Source: Streptosporangiaceae bacterium (GTDB lineage Bacteria; Actinomycetota; Actinomycetes; Streptosporangiales; Streptosporangiaceae). Taken from it: a stretch of 64,000 bases of DNA. Positions 56,837-64,000 of this stretch are shown here, piece after piece; the first letter of the stretch is position 1; every line of letters starts with the position of its first letter. Position numbers and translations under genes: made by a program. The stretch lies in contig DATJZH010000177.1 in NCBI GenBank assembly GCA_035499215.1, positions 31 through 64,030 of the forward strand. The letters run 5' to 3'. The notes below the pieces were generated by a model. The model did no database searches. It was not told where the DNA came from and worked only from the letters and a program-made list of their open reading frames with translations.

Positions 56837-57679
56837 CTCGTGGCGGGACACGGTCTTCCTGACGGTGGCCGTTGGTTTCGTGCGGCGGGTCATCGCGGCG
56901 CGGCGGATGGTGCTCGGCGGCAGGCGGCGGCTGCTGCTGTCGCTGCCGCCGCCGGGCGCCCCTTCTGTCGCTGGCGCCCGGTAGGCGGCGACGAGGCCGG
57001 CAACCAGGACGGCCAGGAAGATCTGGCCGGCCAGTGCCTCGAGGACGGCCAGGGCCCGGCCGGTGTCGCCGCCGGCGGTGAAGTCCCCGTACCCGAGGGT
57101 GGTCAGCGTGGTGAAACTGAAGTACTGGAAAGTCTGGGTATTCGCGGGCTGTTTGTCGGCGAAAAAGTCGTGCTGCGGAGCTCCGCCAAAATGAAAGATC
57201 GCCGCGTAGAAGGCGGCGAACATCAGGCCGATGATCAGATAGGAGCTCAGGGCTCCATAGATGCTCTGCTCGGTGACGGCAGGGCGGGCCAGCACGCGCC
57301 GGACGATGAGAACCGCCGTCACCAGCAGGACCAGGCCCCTCCAGATGTCCGCTGCCCCTCTGGCGTCCTCGTTGGTGCTCAGCACCGCAATCGTGGCCGC
57401 AACGGACCCCGCCAGCGCCACCAGCGCAACCAGCCGCGCTGCCCGCCGGGTCACCCGCGCCGTCCGCAGGGCCAGCAGCAGCACGCCCAGGAACAGCACG
57501 GCCGAGATGCCGTCGGCCAGGGTGCTGAGCGGGGACGCGGAAAGCAGGTAGGTCACTATCAGCAAGATCAGCAGCAGGCCGTACCGGCTGCCGGAGTCTG
57601 ACGGACCGGCACGGAGCCCGATGCTCGCTGCCCGCCCGGCCACGGATCCCTGCGTCACGAACCCTCCGTCTGCGGGCAC
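56813..57679 (-). CDS. Potassium channel family protein
   Basis: Selectivity filter FSFTTLTTLGYGDFT flanked by TM helices. The start is uncertain (GTG 57679). Confidence 0.85.
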   Translation of the reverse strand: MPADGGFVTQGSVAGRAASIGLRAGPSDSGSRYGLLLILLIVTYLLSASPLSTLADGISAVLFLGVLLLALRTARVTRRAARLVALVALAGSVAATIAVLSTNEDARGAADIWRGLVLLVTAVLIVRRVLARPAVTEQSIYGALSSYLIIGLMFAAFYAAIFHFGGAPQHDFFADKQPANTQTFQYFSFTTLTTLGYGDFTAGGDTGRALAVLEALAGQIFLAVLVAGLVAAYRAPATEGAPGGGSDSSSRRLPPSTIRRAAMTRRTKPTATVRKTVSRHESPASRAP

Positions 57680-57745
57680 GCTCGGACGGGCGAGCCGTCG
57701 CCCGTGCTGTGCGCCCCTTATGCGGCGCGCCTGCTGTGCGCCTCC

Positions 57746-58237
57746 TTATGCGGCGTCGCCGTGCAGGGCGTCCTGGAGCTCCTTCTCGCCTTCCTTGGAC
57801 AGCGAGGTCTTCAGCACGGTGCCGCCGTACTTGCTCATCGCCTCGACGGCCTTGTCCGGAGTCACCTTCTCCACCATAAGGAAAAGGGCCGAGGTGCCTG
57901 GCTGGATCATGTCGCGCACCTGGTCCTGGAACTGCTTGTCGATGCCGGTCTTGGCGACCTTGCCCATGAGTGCGCCCAGGCCCGCTCCGATCGCGATTCC
58001 GAACACCGGGACGAAGAACAGCAGCCCGAACAGCAGTCCCCAGAACATGCCCCAGCTCGCTCCCGCGCCGACCGGGTGGTGGCTGGTGTGGACATGGTAC
58101 TTGCCGTCCTTGTCCCGGACGATCACCGCGATGGCGTCGGGCTCGATAATGAGGTCCCGGGCAAGCCTGCGAGCCTCGTCGGCGGCGTCCTCAGCGGTGG
58201 CCTCATCGGGATATCCGATGGCGATCAGGTCAGACAT
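57746..58237 (-). CDS. DUF1269 domain-containing membrane protein
   Basis: MSDLIAIGYPDEATAEDAADEARRLARDLIIEPDAIAVIVRDKDGKYHV..GMFWGLLFGLLFFVPVFGIAIGAGLGALMGKV..GTSALFLMVEKV. Confidence 0.82.
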   Translation of the reverse strand: MSDLIAIGYPDEATAEDAADEARRLARDLIIEPDAIAVIVRDKDGKYHVHTSHHPVGAGASWGMFWGLLFGLLFFVPVFGIAIGAGLGALMGKVAKTGIDKQFQDQVRDMIQPGTSALFLMVEKVTPDKAVEAMSKYGGTVLKTSLSKEGEKELQDALHGDAA

Positions 58238-58352
58238 TGAGCTCTCTCTTTTCCTGCCGAAACTCGGTCCGGTCCAGTTCATCAGGCCGGTACAACGTCG
58301 CGGGCCACCCCCCGCGGGTGATCCGGCCCGGCCGCGCGCGTTGCCCGCCGGG

Positions 58353-58577
58353 TCAGGACGGCGGCTCGGTGTAGCGGCGCTCCTCGTACACCTCGGCCGG
58401 CGGCTGGCCGCGGCGCCGGGTAGCCAGGAGCGCGATCGAGATGATCAGGCCGGCCACGCCGGCGATCATCAAGATCACGCCGATGATCTGCAGGTCCACG
58501 TGCGCGGGCTTCCAGGTGATGCCAAATCGCAGAATTGCGCCGATGACGATGAGCGCGATGCTGCCGCCGATTGTCAC
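58353..58577 (-). CDS. DUF6458-family small membrane protein (paralog 2)
   Basis: (V)TIGGSIALIVIGAILRFGITWKPAHVDLQIIGVILMIAGVAGLIISIALLATRRRGQPPAEVYEERRYTEPPS. It is 75 aa like paralog 1. GTG 58577 lies 10 nt after GAAAGG. Confidence 0.75.
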   Translation of the reverse strand: MTIGGSIALIVIGAILRFGITWKPAHVDLQIIGVILMIAGVAGLIISIALLATRRRGQPPAEVYEERRYTEPPS

Positions 58578-58932
58578 GGACCCGCCGCCTTTCGCTGTCC
58601 GGATCCGCTGCCGCGGTCCGAAGGTAACATTAGCGCCTGGCCTGCCCATTCCGTAAGATCGGCCCGAGATCACTGACATGCGTGCCGTTCCCGCCGTCGC
58701 AGCGGCCTGCCACGCGACAGCGGGTGACCGGGAGCTTGCTGACATCTCCGCGGCCGGGCTGGCCGGCAACCGATTGCAGCGAGAACCCGGCTGACCTTGC
58801 GCACGGACTCGACTCCACCACGAAGTAGCTCAATTCAGTAGTCTGTGCGCCTAACAGCGGGTACTGATATTCTTGCCGGGCCGCTGTATGCGGGGAATTG
58901 CTGGGGTTCAGCGGCACCCCGGTGGAACCGCT

Positions 58933-59142
58933 GCCGGCGGAAGCCGGGCCGGCGGAAGCCGTCCAGGGCGAACCGGCAGAAGCCTTGCTGGAACACGCTG
59001 GGCCGGAAGAGGCCATGCCGGGCGAGCCGGCGAAGCCGCGCTGGGCCGGAAGAAGCCATGCTGGAACACGCTGGGCCGGAAGAAGCCGTGCGAGAACGCG
59101 CCGTGCCCGGAAGCGCCGTGCCCGGAAGCGCCGTGCCGCAAA
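58933..59142. repeat. Mosaic of short direct repeats (GGAAG-containing units; 15-, 30-, 43- and 73-bp spacings) upstream of a LAL regulator
   Basis: gccggcggaagcc x2 (58933, 58948). gctgggccggaaga[ga]gcc[ag]tg x3 (58997, 59040, 59070). ctggaacacgctgggccggaaga x2 (58988, 59061; 73 bp apart). gcgccgtgcccggaa x2 plus a degenerate third copy (59098, 59113, 59128). Confidence 0.9.
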
Positions 59143-59147
59143 GAGCC

Positions 59148-61445
59148 ATGGCGGATGCAGCCATGGCGGGCGAGGCCAGGCCGGCCATACCTGCCTTCTC
59201 GGTACCGCGGCGCGCGAGCTTCGACGCGCCTGTCGAGACGAAGCTCCATGCCCCGCCGGCGCGGAAGGAGTGGGTGCAGCGCGAGGGACTCGTCGACCAC
59301 CTCGCGGGCGTCACCGCGAAACTCGTGCTCGTGGACGCCCCCGCGGGGTTCGGAAAGACCACGCTGGTCGCGCAGTGGCTGTCCAGCGCGGCCGAGAGCC
59401 GCCCCTACGCCTGGATCTCACTCGATCCCGGCGATAATGATCCCGGCCGGCTCTGGTGGCACGTCGTGTGCGCGCTGCAGCGAGCCTGTCCCGATTTCGG
59501 CGCCGGCGACATCCTGGCCGCAGTCCGGGCCCGGATCCCTGACTTCGCCGGGACGATGCTCCCGCTCCTGGTCAATGAGCTGACCAAGCTCCCTGAACCG
59601 GTCGTCCTGGTGCTGGACGACTATCACGTCATCAAGGAACGCAGCTGCCACGACCAGATCGCGTTCCTGCTGTCGCACCTTCCCGCCGCTGTCCAGCTCG
59701 TGCTGATCACGCGGATCGATCCGCCGCTGCCCTTGCCGCGCCTGCGGGCGGTCGGCGAGATGGTCGAGCTGCGGGCGCGCGAACTGCGCTTCGGGCCGGC
59801 GCCGGCGGCGGCGCTCGTCGCCGCTATCGCCGGACTCGAGCTCACCGAACCCGATCTGGCTGATCTTGTCGAGCGGACCGAGGGCTGGGCGGCGGGGCTC
59901 TACCTCGCCGCGCTCTCGCTGCGCGAGCACCCGTCGCCAGGTGCCTTCATCCGCCACTTCACCGGTGACAGCCGATTCGTCGTCGACTTCCTGGCCGAGG
60001 AGGTGCTCAGCCGCCAGCCGACGGCAATCCGGCAGTTCCTCGCCCGGACCTCCATTCTCAGCCGGTTCTGCGCGCCACTGTGCGCCGCGGTTGCCGGGTC
60101 GGCAAACTCGGCAGAGATCATCGACATTCTCGAACGGGAAAATCTCTTCGTCGTGCCGCTGGACGATAATCGGCAGTGGTTCCGCTATCATCATCTCTTC
60201 GCGCAGGTACTGCGCAGCGAGCTCGCCCTGACGGAACCGGAAATCGTGCCCGCCCTGCATGACCGCGCCAGCGCATGGCACCGCCTGTCGGGCTCGGCCG
60301 ACGAGGCGATCAGTCACGCGCACGCCGCCGGTGACGTCCCGGAGGTCATCGATCTCATCGCGACACACTGGTATTCCTACGTCGATTCCGGCCGGGTGGC
60401 GACCGTTCGCGGCTGGCTGAGCTCACTCGGGGAGAGCGCGGTCAGCGCAGACCCGGTTGCGGCGCACTGTGCGGCGTGGGCCGCGGCGCTGTCCGGCGAT
60501 CGGGAATCCCTGCGCCGCTGGCTGCCGATCGTCGAGACGGGCCCGCATGCCGGGGCGCTGCCGGACGGCATCACGTCGATGCGGTCGTCGGCGGCCCTGC
60601 TGAAAGGCACGTTCGGATTCGATGGCATCGGCCCGATGCGCGAGGCCGCAGCCGAGGCCGTCGCACTGGAGACGGACCCGGCATCCCCGTGGTACGCGCT
60701 GGCCAGGTCCGCGTACGCGACCGCCCTCTACTGGAGCGGGGAGCTGGACGCCGCCGTCGAGCAGGCGCAGGACGCCTTGTCCAGCGGGTCAGCCGTCGGG
60801 ATCATCCGCATGCTGGCGTTCGCCATCTCGTCGCTGACGGAGGCCGATGAGGGAGACCTCGGCCGGGCAGAGCAGCTTGCCAGGGCGGCGAGCGAAATTG
60901 TGGGCGATGCTGGCCCGGGTCTTGCCGCGGCCCCGCAGAGCGCCCTCGCCTATGCGGCCGCGGGCGCGGTACTCGCCCGCCGCGGGCGGCTCACCGAGGC
61001 TCGCCGGGAGTTCGAGCACGCGCTCCGGATCCGGCGCAGGCAGTTTGGCATCAGCCCCTGGGTCACTATGGAGGTCCTGCTCAGGCTCGCGCCGGTACTG
61101 CTCGACACGGGCGACCGGCGGGGTGCCGTCGCGCTTCTCGAGGAGGCCAGGCAATTGCTGACCTCGTCGCCGGACGGCGCCGGCCCGCAGCTGGCCAGAC
61201 TGGACCGGCTCGACCGGCGGCTCGCGGGCCGGCCGCGGCAGGTTTCGCTTGCCGAGCCGCTCACCGAGCGAGAGACGGCGGTGCTGCGGATGCTCCGCGG
61301 ATCGCTGTCGCTGCGGGAGATCGGCCAGGAACTCTACCTGTCGCAGAACACGATCAAGACGCACACCAGGGCGATTTACCGGAAGCTCGGCGTCTCCACC
61401 CGGCACGATGCCATCGCCAGGGGCCAGGACATCGACATCCTGTAG
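59148..61445 (+). CDS. Large ATP-binding LuxR-family (LAL/MalT-like) transcriptional regulator
   Basis: ETKLHAPPARKEWVQREGLVDHL, Walker A LVLVDAPAGFGKTTLVAQW, TEGWAAGLYLAALS and C-terminal LuxR HTH LTERETAVLRMLRGSLSLREIGQELYLSQNTIKTHTRAIYRKLGV. I chose the start at ATG 59148. The track ORF start at 58845 would include the repeat tract. Confidence 0.85.
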   Translation: MADAAMAGEARPAIPAFSVPRRASFDAPVETKLHAPPARKEWVQREGLVDHLAGVTAKLVLVDAPAGFGKTTLVAQWLSSAAESRPYAWISLDPGDNDPGRLWWHVVCALQRACPDFGAGDILAAVRARIPDFAGTMLPLLVNELTKLPEPVVLVLDDYHVIKERSCHDQIAFLLSHLPAAVQLVLITRIDPPLPLPRLRAVGEMVELRARELRFGPAPAAALVAAIAGLELTEPDLADLVERTEGWAAGLYLAALSLREHPSPGAFIRHFTGDSRFVVDFLAEEVLSRQPTAIRQFLARTSILSRFCAPLCAAVAGSANSAEIIDILERENLFVVPLDDNRQWFRYHHLFAQVLRSELALTEPEIVPALHDRASAWHRLSGSADEAISHAHAAGDVPEVIDLIATHWYSYVDSGRVATVRGWLSSLGESAVSADPVAAHCAAWAAALSGDRESLRRWLPIVETGPHAGALPDGITSMRSSAALLKGTFGFDGIGPMREAAAEAVALETDPASPWYALARSAYATALYWSGELDAAVEQAQDALSSGSAVGIIRMLAFAISSLTEADEGDLGRAEQLARAASEIVGDAGPGLAAAPQSALAYAAAGAVLARRGRLTEARREFEHALRIRRRQFGISPWVTMEVLLRLAPVLLDTGDRRGAVALLEEARQLLTSSPDGAGPQLARLDRLDRRLAGRPRQVSLAEPLTERETAVLRMLRGSLSLREIGQELYLSQNTIKTHTRAIYRKLGVSTRHDAIARGQDIDIL

Positions 61446-61614
61446 GCCACGCCAGGTGACCCCCGGGTATCACCCGGATGAACCAGCCAGAACGGGTGAC
61501 GACGTCTCACCCCTTCTTCGGGGACGAAGGTAGCAGCGTCCGGCCCCGCCCGCCGGCGCCGCCGCGCACGGACGACGGTTCGGGCCCGGGTCCGCACGGA
61601 GGGGATGCCTGACC

Positions 61615-61845
61615 ATGACGACGCTTAGCGACACCGGCTCCCGGTACCGGATCATCCTGCGCGGCGAGTGCCGTTCGCTGCTGGCAGGCATCCTCGGCCA
61701 CGCCACGATCGAGTCCGGTCGGGGCCTGACGCGCGTGCTCGTCTGGGTCAGGGATGAGTCCGAGCTTTACGGCCTGCTTGACCGGTTCCAGGACCTCGCG
61801 CTGCATATGGTCAGCCTCAAAGAGCTCGGGCCCGACCCGGGCTAG
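61615..61845 (+). CDS. Small conserved hypothetical protein (76 aa)
   Basis: MTTLSDTGSRYRIILRGECRSLLAGILGHATIESGRGLTRVLVWVRDESELYGLLDRFQDLALHMVSLKEL resembles a widespread actinobacterial small-protein pattern (YR-I-x-L-x-G ... L-x-G-L-L-x-R-x-x-D-L-x-L-x-L-V-S). I cannot name the family. GGAGGGG lies upstream. Confidence 0.6.
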   Translation: MTTLSDTGSRYRIILRGECRSLLAGILGHATIESGRGLTRVLVWVRDESELYGLLDRFQDLALHMVSLKELGPDPG

Positions 61846-61913
61846 CCCGCGGCCACGGACGCCGCCTGCCGAGCGCCGGCGGCGGAGCAGCCAGCCCAGC
61901 CCAGAACTGAGTC

Positions 61914-64000
61914 TCAGAGCAGCTCAAGCTCCCTGGCGCGGCGCACCGCCTCACCGCGCTGAGTAGCGGCCAGCTTCCGGTAGATGCTCTTGAGGTGGGT
62001 CTTGACGGTGTTTACCGAGATGTACATCTCGGCGGCGATCTCCGCGGTGCTCAGCATCACCGACACGTGCCGCAGCACCTCGCGCTCGCGCTCGCTGAGC
62101 CGCTCGACGATCAGGGGCGCTGGCTGCCCGGCCGGCAGCTGCGCGGCCGCTGGCTGTCCCGCCGGCGGCCCGGCCGCGGGCTGCCCGGCCGCGATGGTGG
62201 CCGGGCTGACGAGGTCCGGTTCGAGCAGCTGCCGGTAGGCCTGTGCCAGGTCGGGGTCGCGCCGGAGCACTGGCCGGATCCAGGCCCGTTCCAGCGCGAA
62301 CGGCAGCCGGAGCAGCTCAGGCTCGCCAAGCCTCAGCGCATGCTCGAGTGCTCGCCGGCCGCGACCGCGGTCATCCCGGGCATAACTGAGCTGGGCATCG
62401 ACCAGCATGCGCTCCAGGCTGATCCAGTCGGGCGGCTGCGCGCCTGGCGCCACGCTGGCGAGTGCGTGCCGGGCAGCGTCCGGGTCGCCGGCCGCGAGCC
62501 AGGCGCGGGCCAGCGCGACAGCCGCGTCAAGCCGGGACCCGGATCCGGCGCTCGCCGCCATGTCGACCGCTGACCGGATGTCCGACCGCGCTGCGCACCC
62601 CCGAGACTCGGCCAGGGTCAGCCTGCGGTCGAGCCAGGGGGGCAGCGACCAGCCATGACGGCCGCGGCCGACGAACTGCGATGCCGCCCCCGGGCGGCCC
62701 TCGGCCAGGCTGCGGCGGGCCGCGACCAGGCAGGCCGCCGCGCTGAGGAGCCGGTCCGGGCGAGCCCGCAGGGCCTCGTCGGCCCGCTTCAGCCGACCGC
62801 GGGCGCTGGACAACTCGTTGCGCTCGGTATGCACGCACGCGAGCGCTACCTCGACCGCCGGGCTGAAAGGATCTGGCAGGCCGTCCTCGCCGCTGGCCGG
62901 GGCCGCCTCGGCGGCCAGCGCCGCAGCGCGGTTGAGTCGGCCGCTGAGGGCTTCCACCAGCGCGAGCTGTCCCAGGCAGTCAGCTCGCTCGTGTTCGCCC
63001 TGCGCGGCGCGAGCGGCGGCCGCGCCCGTATCAAGGGCCGCGGCGGACGCATCGAGATCGCCGGACCAGAATTCCACCGCGCCGCGCCCGGACAGCACCT
63101 GCGCTCGCAGCTCAGGATGGCGGGCGAGCAGGTCTGCGGGAAGTGCCGCGAGCAGATCCTCGGCCTGGCCGACAGCGGTCGTCGCGGCCTCGAGATCCCC
63201 GGTGCGCCGGGAAAAAGCCAGGCGGATCAGCGCGGCGGCAAGGCGAGCCGGAATCTCCGCGTCGGCGGGAAGAACCTCAAGCATGCCTTCGGCGGTCCTG
63301 AGCGAGGCCGGGCTCGGGTCGTCCCGGCCACGGGACAGTTCCATGGCGGCATCCACGAGCAGGTGCTGCGGCTCTGCGAGCGCCCGTCCGTCTGGCATGT
63401 CGCGGAAGCTGTCGGCGAGCTGCTCCCGGCCGCGCGGCTCGATGAGCTGGCCCACGGCCAGCTCATCGAGGACCATCCGGGCGGCCAGCGGCCAGTCATC
63501 TGCCGCCGCGGCGTTCCGCACCGCCTCGGCCAGCGACCCGTGCCGCCGGTACCAGCGCGCCGCCCGGCGATGCAGGTCAGGCACCAGGTCCGGATAATCC
63601 CGCCGCAGCTTCAGCCGCAGGACCGCGCCGAATAGCGCATGGTAGCGGTACCAGCCATGCCCGACCGGGAGCACAAACGCGTTCGCCCTCGCCAGCACCC
63701 ACAGCGCGGCCGCGGCGGACTCGTCGCCGGCGAGCTCGCCGGCGATATCGGCATTGACCCGGTCCAGAATGCTTGTCCTGAGCAGAAATTCGCGGATTCT
63801 CGCGGGCTGAGCGTTGAGCACCTCGTCCACCAGATAGGCCGTCACGGCGCTGTCCTCGGCGACGAACTCCTTGACGAACTGCTCCGGGTCGGGGTGCCCG
63901 GCCATTGACATCGCCGCCAGGCGCAAGCCCGCTGCCCAGCCCTCCGCCTTCTGGCTCAGGCACCCGAGCGACTCCGCCGACAGCGTGATGCCGTGCTGCG
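61914..64000 (-). CDS. LuxR-family LAL/MalT-like regulator. The 5' (ATPase) part continues beyond the right edge of the window.
   Basis: C-terminal HTH LSEREREVLRHVSVMLSTAEIAAEMYISVNTVKTHLKSIYRKLAA. The frame stays open upstream of the first Met (..SQKAEGWAAGLRLAAMSMAGHPDPEQF), so the gene runs off the window. Confidence 0.85.
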   Translation of the reverse strand, partial: QHGITLSAESLGCLSQKAEGWAAGLRLAAMSMAGHPDPEQFVKEFVAEDSAVTAYLVDEVLNAQPARIREFLLRTSILDRVNADIAGELAGDESAAAALWVLARANAFVLPVGHGWYRYHALFGAVLRLKLRRDYPDLVPDLHRRAARWYRRHGSLAEAVRNAAAADDWPLAARMVLDELAVGQLIEPRGREQLADSFRDMPDGRALAEPQHLLVDAAMELSRGRDDPSPASLRTAEGMLEVLPADAEIPARLAAALIRLAFSRRTGDLEAATTAVGQAEDLLAALPADLLARHPELRAQVLSGRGAVEFWSGDLDASAAALDTGAAAARAAQGEHERADCLGQLALVEALSGRLNRAAALAAEAAPASGEDGLPDPFSPAVEVALACVHTERNELSSARGRLKRADEALRARPDRLLSAAACLVAARRSLAEGRPGAASQFVGRGRHGWSLPPWLDRRLTLAESRGCAARSDIRSAVDMAASAGSGSRLDAAVALARAWLAAGDPDAARHALASVAPGAQPPDWISLERMLVDAQLSYARDDRGRGRRALEHALRLGEPELLRLPFALERAWIRPVLRRDPDLAQAYRQLLEPDLVSPATIAAGQPAAGPPAGQPAAAQLPAGQPAPLIVERLSEREREVLRHVSVMLSTAEIAAEMYISVNTVKTHLKSIYRKLAATQRGEAVRRARELELL

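Noticed and set aside
58933-59142. Tandem and interspersed repeats here and at 8894-8921, 11556-11630, 19906-20056 and 33551-33595, considered as CRISPR arrays
   Set aside because: The units are contiguous or irregularly spaced (14-73 bp), have no unique spacers of uniform length, mostly lie inside coding regions, and no cas genes are present.
58845-59147. Using the track start (58845) for the LAL regulator, giving an 866-aa protein
   Set aside because: The extra 101 codons run through the phase-shifting repeat tract and give a Cys/Arg/Lys-rich peptide unlike the N-terminus of MalT-type regulators. The conserved ..TKLHAPP.. region begins ~20 aa after ATG 59148.

Overview
High-GC actinobacterial chromosomal window with Streptomyces-like gene order. 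I did not compute GC; hand-counted third-codon positions run about 85-100% G/C. Positions ~900-33,450 are a conserved housekeeping block, almost all on the minus strand. In order it holds histidine phosphatase-rsfS-nadD, an M48 peptidase, a HelD-like protein, obg-rpmA-rplU-rne and a TIGR03960/TIGR03936 radical-SAM pair. It continues with rodA-mrdA-mreD-mreC-mreB, a decayed ndk slot, DUF4233-folC, valS, clpX, clpP2-clpP1 and tig. The extreme left end is a frameshifted integrase next to tRNA-Ala(GGC), which looks like the edge of an integrated element. Positions ~33,600-64,000 are a variable region. It holds three large MalT/LAL-type LuxR regulators, cydDC without cydAB, and two arylsulfatase paralogs (one intact Cys-type, one Ser-type and truncated). 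It also holds a ClC channel, a K+ channel, a cation/proton antiporter and many small DUF membrane or stress proteins that occur as paralog pairs (DUF6458, GAP/Sap-like, DUF1269/DUF6325). I see no CRISPR array, rRNA, transposase, or recognisable defence or toxin-antitoxin system, and I cannot point to a clearly novel multi-gene system. The most unusual supportable observations are these: MreD carries a ~390-aa arginine-rich repeat tail translationally coupled to PBP2. ndk has decayed at its conserved position. A ~210-bp phase-shifting repeat tract sits in front of a LAL regulator. One sulfatase paralog is Ser-type and truncated. A DUF6458 gene appears coupled to cydDC. Many long ORFs in the supplied track are antisense artefacts of GC bias and are not called.
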